A stretch of DNA of 64,000 nucleotides. Source: Podarcis vaucheri. Its lineage: Eukaryota. Both the position numbers and the translations under genes were made by a program. The notes under the pieces are model-generated. The model did no database searches, had not been told where the DNA came from, and saw only the letters and a list, made by a program, of their open reading frames with translations. Location of the stretch: NCBI GenBank assembly GCA_965113315.1, contig OZ220374.1; one strand, given 5' to 3'. Positions 1 through 12,992 of the stretch are shown here, in pieces; position 1 is the stretch's first letter; every line of letters starts with the position of its first letter.

Positions 1-1883
1 CAACTTCCTCTATCAGCTCTGTGTACTTTTGAAGGGTGGCGGGGAGGTAGACACCCAAACCACCTCACGGCCAAGGCAGCTGCAAGTTTAGAGGCTATGC
101 GCACACCAGGAAAAACCTGTCCTCATTCTGTTCCAAGACTAAACAAAAATATTTTTGCACTAGGTTTTTTACGCTGCTTTTAAATGTTTCAGTCCTGGTG
201 GGTTGTATCGCTTTATGGTGTTTTTAATTAGGCAATTTACATAATTTATGAGAATTATTCTAATACTTTTTTGTTTGTTATGTATTGTGTGTTTATATTA
301 TCTTATGAAGGGTTTTTTTGTGGGGGAGGTTGTTGCTGTTGTTTTTTGTAAATCACCCTGTGACCATTTACGATGAAGTGCACTACAGAAATCTCTCAAT
401 AAATAAATAAGATTAATCTGTTTTATTGTGTGTCTTAATTTGCTTTTATCCTTGTTGCAAGCCACCCCTGGGAAGCCGGGTAGCATATAGTACCTAACGC
501 AAACCGAGTATGCAAAAATGCTAGCTTTACAAGCGGCACTACATTAATGCATGTTGTGTGGAAAGGATGCAGAATGCACATGTCTGCAAATTTTGTGCAA
601 GAAAAGCTGCACCAGCCAGCCTAGAAGGCGGGAGGCAAAGTCTATTTATTATTATTATTATTTTTAAAAAAGGAATGTATCCTATGATAATGTTGGGAAT
701 CATTATCTGGAGGCGTGGATCATTTCAAATATTTCAGGCAACGTCTAGTTTCAGAGGTTACATATATGTATATGGAAGCAGTTTTTTCCACTTGTGGAGA
801 ATGTGAGTGCTTAAAACTAATTAAATGTGACAGATTTTAGTCTTTTCAAATGAATTCACAGTGAATTGCAGTGATTAGAGAGTGCACTGGGTGCGAGCTG
901 CTTCTCTTTCAAGGTTGTTTTATTTATCGCCTTGTTTCTAGTCACTGTTTCTACATAAAAATGTAAAGAACGTAAGGTTTATGGTGTAGACACTGGGTTG
1001 AAATCAGGGCTTACTTTGCATTAAGGTTGTGTGAGTGTCTACGGGCTGGGCTGGGGTGGCAGAGTATTTCCCTAAGCCAAATTAAATTCAAATTGAACCC
1101 AGGTAAAGGCATACACTCAGTCAGCATTCCAGAGTTTTCATATTTGGAGAGGAACCTTAGTATCTTCTGCAATGTCACAGCAAACAGGCAGTCGTGGCTG
1201 GTGCTCATTGGAACTGGTAGGGTGGCATTGGCAGAGGAAGGTGGGGGCAGGGGGGCACACCGCTCCAGGTGTCATCCCTGAGTGGGGTGACATTCGGTGT
1301 GCCGCCCACCCGCAACATGGACTCCCACGCCTACTGCGAGCCATCGGGGGAAGGGGGAAGCTGCTGCACCGCTTTGCTGGTTCCTTCCTCTTCCCTTCCC
1401 ACTCACCTGCCTCCTTCCCGTCCTCTCCCCTGTGTAGGAATAACGGATGATGATGGGAGGTTGGATGCATGTGAGCTGTGCAGAAGCATGCTGGCAAGCA
1501 TTCTCCAAAACAAGCTGCTGGCTAGCTCTGTAGAGGCTCCTTTTATTAGCAGAGGTCAACAATTGGAAACAGTAGTGAAACCACCCTGAACATGACGTAT
1601 TTCCAGTAAGGCACATTTCCAGCGTTAGCAAAGACACGTGTCAGCAGGTGTTTCCCTAAAATGTTTCCCCCGATACTTGATTACGTCTGCATCCCCGGTC
1701 ATGCTCCAGCCAAGCATTATGTCTAGTGACCAAACAGTCAGGGGGAAAACACTGTTTTCTAGCCAAGAGGGCAAAAGGTCAGGGAGTGCGGGCACAATGC
1801 ACCTTGACACACTGTTGCATGTCTGGTGCAAGGTTTGCCTTCGCAAAGCAGAGCATTACCTCCCGGCTGGAGGAGGCAGGCAG

Positions 1884-2455
1884 AGCGCATGCTCTGGTTA
1901 TCTCCCTCTTGGATTACTGCAATGCGCTCTACGTGGGGCTACCTTTGAAGGTGACCCGGAAACTACAACTAATCCAGAACGCGGCAGCCAGACTGATGAC
2001 TGGGAGCGGCCGCAGAGACCACATAACACCGGTCTTGAAAGACCTACATTGGCTCCCAGTACGTTTCTGAGCACAATTCAAAGTGTTGGTGCTGACCTTT
2101 AAAGCCCTAAACGGCCTTGGTCCAGTATATCTGAAGGAGCGTCTCCACCCCCATCGTTCTACCAGGACACTGAGGTCCAGCGCCGAGGGCCTTCTGGCAG
2201 TTCCCTCACTGCGAGAAGCCAAGTTACAGGGAACCAGGCAGAGGGCCTTCTCAGTAGTGGCACCTTCCCTGTGGAACGCCCTCCCACTAGATGTCGAAGA
2301 GAACAACAACTACCAGACTTTTAGAAGGCATCTGAAGGCAGCCCTGTTTCGGGAAGCTTTTAATGTTTGATGTATTATAGTATTTTAATATTTTTGGGGA
2401 AGCCGCCCAGAGTGGCTGGGGAAGCCCAGCCAGATGGGCGGGGTATAAATAATAA

Positions 2456-2506
<51 letters not shown>
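1884..2506 (+). mobile_element. L2-clade LINE 3' fragment with (TTA)n tail
   Basis: Translates LDYCNALYVGLPLK...NAAARL...DHITPVLKDLHWLPVRF*...LVLTFKALNGLGPVYL. The stop at 2068 is CGA>TGA relative to the copy at 33.2 kb. 3' UTR gaagccgcccagagtggctgggg followed by a TTA tail. Confidence 0.93.
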
Positions 2507-2948
2507 CTCCACACCCCTGCCTGCCTGCCTGCTTGCCTGCCTCCAGCTGGGAGCGTGGCACAGCAGTTCCCCTGACAGCTGGTGGTAGGTGCGGGAGTCA
2601 CGGGTGGATGGTGAGCCTTTGCCCCGTGCTCCCGGCTGGAGGAGGCAGGCAGGCAGGGGAGAGGACAGGAAGGAGGCAGGCGAGTGGGAAGGGGAGAGGA
2701 TAGAAGAGGGATCGTGGGTGCACGTGCGGCTATCCCGTGCCTGGGAGGGCACCCTCCGCACTCCTTGGGAATGTGTCCGCCCTGGGCAGCGTGGGCATAT
2801 GCTCCACCCTTGTAGTGTAGAACACAGGGAGGTCAACAGTAGGGGGCACCAAAGCCAGTATCTGATGGAGCCATCTCATCCTCCTCCCTGCTGAGTTCTA
2901 CAAACATAACACTGAGACAAAGGAGGATGAAGCTGGCAGCCATCGCAC

Positions 2949-3390
2949 TGTTAGAATTCCTGCTCCATGATTGCAGTCATGGGATTGTTGTCTATCACAT
3001 GATGGTATATGTTTTGACTCCACAAAGTGGGAAGTGACAGAGACAGTATGTTTGTGTTACTGTGTTCTGTAAAGTGGGACTGTTGTCCTTTGTTCTTGTT
3101 CTCTTTACTGTCTGATGCTAGAGAGAGAGGGAGCCATGTCACTCCATGTGTGTTTATATGTCAATGAAGTAGATTAGCCAAAATGCTGAGTTGCTGAGGT
3201 CTGTTACGCAAACTGTGTAGACTCTGTGGATCCCTAAGTGTGCTGGTGTCTGTTGGCATCGGTCGCTGTGATGTTCAGGCTGAAGAAAGCTCTTGAAGCT
3301 CCCGAACGAAAGACCAGGAGGGAGAGAACATGCCAGTCGGGTATATGTCTCTACCAGGGTCCTACTTGAGAGTAGGCTGAGCTCCTGACA
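2949..3390 (+). mobile_element. Solo LTR, copy 1
   Basis: TGTTAG...CTGACA termini, 442 bp, close match to 9637-10073 and to the reverse complement of 30500-30945. Confidence 0.8.
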
Positions 3391-4336
3391 TGGATGGAAG
3401 TAAGAAGGCAGACATGTGGGGACTGGCTGAAGGCAGGCTGAGGTTGTGGGGCAGCGCCCCTTTTGCCCTAATGGACCAGCCCCCATTGCAGGCAGGCTAA
3501 GCAGCACCCAGTTACTAGAGCCACTGACCGCTGCTATTACGGAAAAGGTCCTTTCTTTTGTAGCCACCTTCTGGCCTGCTGCCTGAGGAAACATGTACAG
3601 AAGCACACATAGAGCATGGCAGGAGGATAAGCTGAACAGTTAAATGCAATCATGGATTGGGGTGTTCATTGTTGGGTTGGGTTTTTTAATTAAAAAAAAA
3701 ACATGGCTTAACACCTTTGATGCAGTGGAGACAAGCTGAACATATTTCAGGAACATTACACTTCGCCGACAGGCTGGAAAAAGCATCGCCTAATTTTTAA
3801 ACAGTTAGCTCTCCTTTTTTTGTCATTTTGAAGACATGAACATCTGCAAATCGGAACTTTTGCACGGCAAGCAAAGTTAACCTCTCTGTGCACCTTCAAA
3901 GTAGGAGAACAGATGTTGCCATACCATTACCACGCTCCAGCGTTTGGAACACGTTATTGGCAGCCGCCGCTCCCTCTCGATTGAAAAATACAAGGAAGGG
4001 AAGCTAATGCAGAATGACAGAGAGCGAAAAATGCCATATGAACAAAACTGTTGAGGTGTAAAGCTTGCATATTAATGGGAGGGATTTTTTATTTTTATTT
4101 TTTTAGACGCATCTTGCCGAATATATGTTGATGAAAAGAGATATTCAATTGTTAATTTGGGCAGAATCGGATTTTAAAATAAATAAATAGCTAGAATGTA
4201 GCAGCACAAAAAGAAAAATAGATTTCTTGGAGGGTTTAAAGCTAGACACATAGGTAAACCACTCATATTGTACTGGAGCCAATAATGATTTTCTTTTTTG
4301 AGATAGGATTTTTAGAGAGTCCTAAACTGACTCAAA

Positions 4337-4710
4337 GAGACGCGGGTGGCACTGGGGGTTAAACCACAGAGCCTAGGGCTTGCCGATCAGAAGGTAAGGA
4401 GTTCGAATCCCCACAATGGGGTGCGCTCCCATTGCTCGGTCCCTGCTCCTGCCAACCTAGCAGTTCGAAAGCACGTCAAAGTGCAAGTAGATAAATAGGT
4501 ACCGCTCCAGTGGGAAGGTAAATGGCATTTCTGGGCACTGCTCTGGTTCGCCAGAAGTGGCTTAGTCATGCTGGCCACATGACCTGGAAGCTGTATGCCG
4601 GCTCCCTCGGCCAATAAAGTGAGATAAGCGCCACAACCCCAGAGTCAGCCATGACTGGACCTAATGGTCAGGGGTCTCTTTATCTTTACCTTTACCTTTA
4701 CCTTTACCTT
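4337..4710 (+). mobile_element. Sauria SINE, full length
   Basis: Diagnostic body and (ACCTTT)n tail. TSD taaactgactca at 4323-4334 and 4711-4722. Confidence 0.95.
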
Positions 4711-5123
4711 TAAACTGACTCATAAGGTTTTGGTGCATGTGTGCCTATACACTGCCACCAGGGATTCATAGGGTGAGGGCAAGCCATGAATAAGACTGTT
4801 GTCCACCACGTATCTTGAACAGGCTGTTAGAATGTAGAAGAGGAAAAAGGCCTTAGCAGTTCAAAGGTGAATGTGGGTATTGGCCACAGCCTTGCCTGCT
4901 TGGCAGTCGTCCCCTCCCCCCCCCAGAACAGCTTCCTGGTCACATGACATGTGCCCTCCCCCCCCCCCACACACAGTCTTCCTTCCTATCTTGCAGTGGA
5001 GGATGGTGCTTGTAAGTACCCAAGCAGAAGTGGAAATTCTGGAGTCAGGTGGTGGGACATCATGACTGGGACTGGGACTGGAAGCACCACCGCCAAATAG
5101 GAAGCTGTCTTCTGCCATGATCA

Positions 5124-5260
5124 CTAGCTCAGTCGCTAGGGCATGAGACTCTGAATCCCAGGGTTGTGGGTTTGATCCCCACATTGGGTGAAAAATTCCT
5201 GCATCACAGGGGGTTGTACTAGATGACCTTCGTGGCCCCTTCCAAGTCTACAATTCTATG
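5124..5260 (+). mobile_element. tRNA-derived SINE with CR1-type 3' tail (Squam2/POM-like)
   Basis: tRNA-like head (tagctcagtc...ggtttgatccccac), then the CR1 tail ggggttgtactagatgacc...cccttccaagtctacaattctatg. Confidence 0.75.
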
Positions 5261-5729
5261 TCAGAGCATTGGTCCCTCTGCCTCAGTATTGCCATCACCG
5301 TCTGAGGGCAGGAATCCTTAGCCCTACTTGGAGACACCAGGGACTGAATCAGGGAACTTAAAGCAACTGCTGTGCCACCGAGCTGTTGCAGACCTTCTCC
5401 AGTAATGGGGATAGTACCATACATTTAAAGAACATGGCTTCCACCCCCAAAAATTTCTTAGAACTGCACTTTGTTTGGAGGTCTGGTAATTGTAGCTCTG
5501 TTGGGGGTAAACTAACATGCAACAACAGTCTTTAGTAAAGAATGACTTTCTTAACTACCCCCAGCCACCCTATAATGAATTCTAAGCTTTGCTTTCTATC
5601 TCTTCTTTCTTGAGAATTTTCCCTCTAATTTTTTCCTAATTTTGCTACCATCTGGTATTTGAATGCAGGTTGGTCAACTTGTATTTTTGTAACTCCATGT
5701 CTGATATCAGGTGCATGGAGGGCTACAGA

Positions 5730-5842
5730 GGGTGGTATTCAACCAACTTTTACTCAGAGTAGACCCATTGGAACTAACGACCTAGTCATGTTCATTCATT
5801 TCAATGGATCTATTCTGAGTAAAAACTAATTGAATACAACCC
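5730..5842. mobile_element. Palindromic MITE (Harbinger-like)
   Basis: gggtggtattcaa...ttgaatacaaccc termini, with internal arms ttttactcagagtagacccattg and caatggatctattctgagtaaaa. Confidence 0.7.
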
Positions 5843-6204
5843 TAAGTCCTGGTGGCAGGTATACAGAAAGAAAGTCCTACAATTCCTTGGCATATCAACA
5901 TTTCAGAAACCTTACATTTCCCCTCCGTTCAGAGGTTGGGTCCTTGAGAACTGTCTCGTCACATTGGATCAGTCTTGGTTGCCTTTCAAAACTGAATCTG
6001 GACAGTCTTCAACTCTTGGCAATTCAAGACGTCTTTTTCTCTTATGCTGACAGAAACACACTGCCAGTCTAGTTGTGAAATAAATTCCATGGCTGTCTTC
6101 CATCGGCTTTATTTTTAAAATCCTCCCAAAATAGCTTTTGTTCTTTTTAATGAGGCAGCCTTATTAATATCAGTCTTCTTTCCCCCTCTCCTTCAGAGAA
6201 AGAC

Positions 6205-6326
6205 GGTTGGATCCAGTGCTAATCCTGCGCCAAGCCGGCCCATTCAAGCTAATAGACATGATGAACTTAGGTTCATTAATTGCACTGGACCTATTTGGAG
6301 TAAAAAAAACAGTACTGGATACAACC
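6205..6326. mobile_element. Palindromic MITE, same family as 5730-5842
   Basis: ggttggatccagt...actggatacaacc termini and a similar internal body. Confidence 0.6.
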
Positions 6327-7394
6327 CATGGCTTTTTTCATGTTCAGTTTGTGATAGAGGACTATCCCCACTCACTGTAAAGTTGAACATTCTCTTGCAG
6401 GTTCAATGAATACCCGCCTCACCCAGCGTTTTGGTGTGTCCATATCAGGTACTCATTCAACCAAGTTAGACTGATGGTTGATGATGCCAGCTAAAACCAG
6501 AACTGAGGCCTTATAATTTTCTGCCTCCAGTCCACCTTTCCAGAGTTTCACCACCTTGACCCGAAGACTGCAGCTTAAAGGGCCAGCTGCATGGGTTGAA
6601 GGTGACTGCTTCTTCACTTTGTGTGCCCACCTGGAGATTGGGCAAATTGGGCACTGCCCCACCAACGTCTGTCTGTCCTCAGCCAGCCCCCACCTGTGTG
6701 CCTTCTTAGTTCAGTGTCTGGCAGTGTCTGTCAACTCTCTCCTCCTGAAACTTTGTGTTGTGTTTGTGTTGCCTGGCAGGGAGGAAGATGGGAACAAAAC
6801 TAGAATTAATTGGCTCTGCCTAACATTGGCTCTGGCATCAGCTTCACTTCCTGCTTTTCAGCCCAATTAATGGGCACCAGCCTCCACTGGCTCCTTGCAC
6901 AATTGGGCAGGTATCATAGTGCAGGAAGCACTAGGCTTCTCTGGTGGACCAGCCTCAGGTGATCTAAGGGATCATCTGTGAAGATCCCAGCTCAGGCTTT
7001 TCAGACTCTGGACTACCAGCCTTAGGTTTGGCGCACTCCAAACTACCAACATCAGGAGCCTGGTCTAATTCTTTGCTGATGCCACAGGAGCTCCAGGCAG
7101 TGGTGGCTTGTGCCCATTGGAATCAGTAGGGGAGTTTGCAAGGAGGCCAACAGTAGGGGGAAGTCAGAACCAATGACTGACAGAGCCACAACCAATCATA
7201 GGCAGCGTTGACTAATTCTAGTTTTGTCCATGTCGGGACAACCATTCACATCTCTTGGGTGTTAAGATCAGTGGAGGGAGCCTTCTTAGTAGTTCCACCA
7301 CCCAGAGAAGTTCAGTGGTGGTGTTCCAGGAGCGGACATTCTCTGGGCATTCTCTTAATGTCTCTTCAACTATTATCATTTGTATGTTTTTGTT

Positions 7395-7770
7395 TGGAAA
7401 ATGGGAGGATCCCCAAAGAGCTTGCTTTAGGCACCAGGCCTGCTGGCAGACCAACTCTGTGTTACAAAGAAGTGACATGAAGGCTGACAACATCGACCCC
7501 AGTGTGTGGGAATCCCTTGCACAGGACCGCAGTGTCTGGAGACAGACCAGAGGAGGAATGGCCACTGAGATGAGCACAGAGACAAGAAATGCCATGGTGC
7601 CTCTGCAGCAGCACAACTGGATGCCTTCATCTGCCCCAGCTGCAACAAAACATGTCTCTCCCATATCAATCTCTACAGTCACAGCAGGTGCTGCAGCTTT
7701 CCATGAGTTTGACTCCACCCCCAAAAGTTCACACCTCCATTGTTTCCTGAGACAGACAGATGCCAACAAT
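7395..7770 (+). mobile_element. RTE-clade LINE 3' fragment, degraded
   Basis: Frameshifted GRIPKEL..GTRPAGRP..YK, DMKADNIDPSVWESLAQDRSVWRQ and a C-terminal C-x2-C...H zinc-finger remnant. Confidence 0.8.
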
Positions 7771-8685
7771 ATCCATCTGTGTTTTATCCATCTTTTTAAA
7801 AATTATTGCGCACCACTTTAAGTCCCAGTTCTGGGGGAAAGGTAGGATATAAATAAACATAATTATGATAATAAATAAGTTGTGGAGCACACTTCCCACA
7901 GGGGTATGTCCAGCCCCTTTGTGATATACCTTTCAGAGAATGCTAAAGACACACCTCTTTGACAGCTAAGATATAGTTTTTCAGAGCTTTAAATGGTTTT
8001 ATGAGACTGAATTTTAAATTGTTGTAGCCCGCCCTTCGCGATGGGTAAGAAATCAAATAAATCACAAGATAGTAACCCATTCCAGTTGTTTCTGTGTGAG
8101 GAAGGGTGTGCTTCTCCCCACATATGTGAGTTAATATGTCTTAAAATCTTTATCAAATAAAGTGACTGGAGGATTAGACATATTTGATAACCTTGCCTAG
8201 GACTACCCAATGACCGCTCCTTTGGGTTGCATCCAGTCCGTGGCATGTGAGGGCATAGAAGCCCTAATTGCTTCACAACTCAAACCCACATCCCATCATA
8301 TTTCCACAAAAGCGGCAGATGGGGAGTTCATCAAGGCTCTCCATCTTAGATAACAATGTGGTTATTCTTTAATGCTGAGGAAAGGAAATTACACTTCCCC
8401 AGTGTGTTACAGTTATAATGTGGTTCCAAAATGGTATTTCAGCCCCGATAAGTCCAGGCCAGCCTGTGTCAGTTGATTGTCAAGCAGAACAGCTCATTCG
8501 ACAGAGAATTCAGCCAGCCAAGTGCTCCAAATTGCCCCTAAAATCAAAATACAGGATTAAATCTCATACAGTTTTCTTGCAGGCACAATGGTAGTGGCTT
8601 GTCAAGCTATTAAAGAGGTGAATAAAGCATGAAGTGAGATTTATAATAAGCAACTTACCATTCCCTTCTCCTTTAATTGTCATAT

Positions 8686-8810
8686 ACAGCGGTATCTCTA
8701 CTTACAAACGCAATCCATTTCAGTCTGCCGTTCGCACCCCAAAAAGTCCGTGAGTAGAGCGCCGCTACTGCGCATGCGCGAAGTGTGCAGATCACTTCTG
8801 CGCATGCACC
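8686..8810. mobile_element. Tc1/mariner-type MITE, one end only
   Basis: TA|cagcggtatctctacttac start and a gcgcatgcgc-rich body like 19300-19521. The second TIR is missing. Confidence 0.55.
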
Positions 8811-8857
8811 TTGGGAGCTCTGGGGAGGGCAGTTCCCCAGGATTCCTTCTCTAGAGC

Positions 8858-9192
8858 AGTGGACCCCAAACATTTTCCCCCACGGTCACTTGAAAATTGC
8901 TGAGGATCTTGATGGACCACTTAATGATTTTTCTGCCTGTACAACTGTACAAGGGCTGTACAAGATGCCGTATGATTTTTTAAAAATTGCAGCATTATTC
9001 ACAAAAGCAAAATTCTGGAGGGACTTGCCTCCAGTCACTGCTTTATTTCTCTGAGGAAGGCAGAGCCTTCTTCATCACTTTTGGTCCATTCCCCTCATCT
9101 TGCAGGTAGACTGCTGCATTCATCCATATGGACTACCTGAAGGAAGCTCATGGACCACTGATGGTCCACAGACCACACTTCTGACATGCCCT
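8858..9192. mobile_element. hAT-like non-autonomous DNA transposon, degraded
   Basis: ctagag|cagtggaccccaaac start and a ggtccacagaccacactt end motif. Confidence 0.5.
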
Positions 9193-9485
9193 ACCCCACC
9201 GTATATAAGCCATTCCTTTCTGAAATCAAAATAAAAACTTTGGACGTCAATGCATGAAACATCCTTACAATGACGCCATCTTTAAAAACATGGCAAACAT
9301 TGCCAACAAATACAGAGAGATGAGTGCTCACCTTTCAGGTTGGATGGTTTCTTCTTCCAGCCAGCTCTTCTTCTCCAGCCCCACCTACCTGGAAGCCACT
9401 CAAAACTCACCTGCAGCCCTTATATATTTCTTTATTAGATTTCCATACCACCCTTCATCCGAGGTTCACAGGGCGATTTACAAAA

Positions 9486-10124
9486 CAGGCAACCCTCATT
9501 TTGCACCGGGCTTACATTCCAGATACCCACATGTGTTGGCAAGGACCCACATAAAAAGTTCTGCCCTGCCCTGCCCCTGTCCCGCCCTTTTAGTGACATT
9601 TTCGGGTCACTTCTGGCTTCAGCATCATGCACATACTGTTAGAATTCCTGCTCCATGATTGCAGTCATGGGATTGTTGTCTATCACATGATGGTATATGT
9701 TTTGACTCCACAAAGTGGGAAGTGACGGAGACAGGATGTTTGTGTTACTGTGTTCCGTGAAGTGGGACTGTTGTCCTTTGTTCCTTTTCTCTTTGCTATC
9801 TGATGCTGGAGAGAGAGGGAGCCATGTTGCAGTTCTCCATGTGTGTTTATATGTCAATGAAGTAGATTAGCCAAAATGCTGAGTTGCTGAGGTCTGTTAT
9901 GCAAGCTGTGAAGACTCTGCGGATCCCTAAGTATGTTGGCATCGATCGCTGTGATGTTTGGGCTGAAGAAAGCTTTTGAAGCTCTGGAATGAATGACCAG
10001 GAGGGAGAGAACATGCCAATCAAGCATGTGTCTCTGCCAGGGTCCTACTCAAGAGTAGGACGAGCTCCTGACACATGCCAGAAATTGCGTGTCACTTGGA
10101 TGTGTATTGATCGGGAGTTGCCTG
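9486..10124. mobile_element. Mariner-type MITE interrupted by a solo LTR
   Basis: TIRs caggcaaccctc and ggagttgcctg|TA flank the LTR at 9637-10073. Confidence 0.55.
9637..10073 (+). mobile_element. Solo LTR, copy 2
   Basis: TG...CA termini and a 5-bp TSD catac/catgc with one mismatch. Confidence 0.82.
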
Positions 10125-11931
10125 TATAAAAACACAAAAAGTCTGGGTTTCAGTCTACTAATTCTGCCTGGTTCTTCATTGGTTATTTCAAAAGGTCTGA
10201 TCTGTTTCTTTCCCATGATATGTTATTCCCTCCCTTAACTATTGCCTTGTTCTCTTTTGGTTTGTTCTGCCAAACTATAGGCTCGTAGCTTTGAGTACTG
10301 AAGTTGCAATTATCAAGTGATCAGAAAGTAAGCAAACTAGTAAGGAACAATTCAGGTCATTTGTGACTCTCGTGTTCTACCATAGACGCCACAGTGATAA
10401 TTAAGACTGATCAAAGCATTAGCTTAACATGCCTCTTTTAAATGACTCCCCAGCTGTAATGCACTAGCAATTTATTTTCTATACTAAAGCTTTTTTGAAA
10501 AGAAAAGAAAAAAGCTTTTTAAAAAAATCCAATGCTGTACATACAGTAAATAATGATTACATAAAATAGTAGATGAGCATTTATTTGGAAGGAGTCTGCA
10601 GAAACCAGATTAATTTGGCTTACAGTGTATTGAAATATTTGAAACCAGAGGTTAAATTTGACTTGAGGTCCCAAGAGACACTCTTCTCAGTAGGCATGCT
10701 ACTCTCATCAGATGTGCTTTCATTTATTCCACTGTCCTTCATGGTAAATTAATAATCACTAATACTGAAGAAAAAGCTAATTATTTCCAACATGTATGCC
10801 AGATTTTATTTTATTTTATTTCACATTGGGGGGGGGATGTCAAAGAAACAAGAAAGTATCAAGGGAGTAGCTGAGAAAAGAAATGCTGCTAGCGTTCGAT
10901 AAATATTAGACCAGGATAGGGGCCCTTCCTTGCTGAACTTCCAGCACCTAGTGGAGACTTTTAAAAATGATTATTCCAGCAGTATTTTCAATTGAATTTC
11001 TATGCATTGGTTAGAGATTATTGTAATTAAGCGGTATATATATTTTCAAAATAAAATCTACAGCATTGTGTGTGTGTGTGTGAAGTGGGTTCCAATTTTT
11101 ACTGAGTCATCTTACGGGACTAGTAACATTATTCCCTGAGACGGTATATGTGTTCTGAGGTAAAACTGAATTTAGCCGTAAACTACCACATTACAGCATA
11201 ACAATGAATGGCAGGGTGCGGCTGCCAGCTACCTCTCAGCAACCTTTCACTTAATATTCCTCACATTCTGCCCTGAAACAATAGCACCGCTTTTACGAGT
11301 AAGACAAAAGAGACGAGGTGTCAGTTTAAATTCCTGTGAACTTATTTCCCTGCTTTGTGTGCTGAAACCTCACCTACCGGAGAATGTATTTGTTTAAGAT
11401 GGTGATTATATCTGATTATAAGCTTATATTTAAGAAGCTAATATATACTTTGCCAAGTGTTGCTTTATCACACTTTAGTGCTTAAATATTATAATCCTAC
11501 TCTGTGTAAATGGATAAAATACCAGCCAGAGCAGCTCCCAGCGGGGTAGCCTCGTGTCTCATTGGAGGACGGCTGCTTCCTTGAGTTCCAAATGGTTCTT
11601 TTTTAAAGCGGTATCTGTGCAAAACAGAAAAGGAACATCTAAGCCTTCCCCAAGTGGGTGCCCTCGAGATATCTGAGGCTACAGCTCAGATGGGAGAGTT
11701 GTTTACGAACTCCCAGCACTGCCTCCCTGTAGCATACCAGGAGGGGTGGAGTGCCAGGGAGGTCAACGTGGTGCGAATGCACCAGCAGAACTTCAGGATT
11801 GGCTCTGCTGCTTTGTTTGCACCACACCCACCTCACCCAAACCCATGCCCGGTACACCACAGTGATGGAAGTTCAGGTCACCAGTGCCACCTCACCATCC
11901 ACTACCAGCTAGAGGTGCATTCAGACAACTA

Positions 11932-12316
11932 AAGGCAAAGGTAAAGACCCCTGACAGTTAAGTCCAGTCACAGACGACTCTGGGGTTGTGGCGTTCATCT
12001 CACTTTACAGGCCGAGGGAGCCAGCGTTTATCTGCAGACATTTTTTCTGGGTCATGTGGCCAGCATTACTAAGCCGCTTCTGGCGCAATGGAACACCGAA
12101 ACCAGAGCAGCGCACGGAAACACCGTTTACCTTCCCACTGGAGCGGTACCTATTTATCTACTTGCACTTTTGGGCATGCTTTCAAATTGCTAGGTTGGCA
12201 GGAGCTGGGACCGAGCAACAGGAGCTCACCCCGTCGTGGGGATTTGAACCGCCGACCTTCTGATCGGCAAGCCCAAGAGGCTCAGTGGTTTAGACCACAG
12301 CGCCACCCATGTCCCT
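11932..12316 (-). mobile_element. Sauria SINE
   Basis: Reverse-strand full-length body. TSD ttcagacaacta at 11920-11931 and 12317-12328. Confidence 0.95.
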
Positions 12317-12750
12317 TTCAGACAACTACAGGTGCATTATTTTTCCTGATGATAATGCTAGAGCTTCCGTCATGTTTTCTACTGTTCCTGTCACACTGCA
12401 GTGCATTCTTGCACTCTGGACCTGTGGCTGGTTGACTGGTACACTGGCATGTCACACAAAATGGCCTTCACAGCAGTGGGCATGACATGGCACAACAGCA
12501 AACCATCATTGGGCGTTTTTGCTATTCCTCCAACCTTTCTGCCCATGTGTGCTGCTGTTCCTCCATTATTCTCCCATGAAAACAGCAGGAAAGAACTGTA
12601 CGCCAGTATACGGCCCCAAATTTCGTCACTTTACTTCTGCAATTTTCTGTGTTAATGTGGTTGCAAGCTTCTGGAAGCCAAGTAACATGGAAATCAGTAC
12701 TGCACTTCCAGAAATTTACTTTTATGTTGTGAGAAAGCTCAAATATAATA

Positions 12751-12992
12751 CAGTCGTGCCTTGGTTGTCAAACTTAATCTGTTCTGGGAGTCCGTTCGAC
12801 TCCCGAAATGGTTCAAAAACCAATGTGAGGCTTCCAATTAGCTGCAGGAGCTTCCTGCACTCAAGCAGAAGCCGCGTTGGAAGTTTGGCTTCCAAAACAC
12901 GTTTGCAAACCGGAACACTTCCTTCCAGGTTTGCAGCGTTCGGGAGATAAAGCATCCGAATACCAAGGCATTCAGCAACCAAGGTACGACTG
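12751..12992. mobile_element. Tc1/mariner-type MITE
   Basis: TA|cagtcgtgccttggttg...caaccaaggtacgactg|TA: TIRs with a TA TSD. Confidence 0.88.

Noticed and set aside
5124-5195. tRNA gene (also 31150-31222)
   Set aside because: Degenerate stems fused to a CR1-type tail, so a SINE head.
7218-7821. Overlapping 183-aa and 188-aa ORFs
   Set aside because: Frameshifted RTE remnant and its antisense strand.
2949-10073. Full-length LTR retrotransposon or ERV bounded by the two direct LTRs
   Set aside because: No gag/pol remnants inside, no polypurine tract before copy 2, outer flanks (cgcac/catgc) do not match, and copy 2 has its own TSD.
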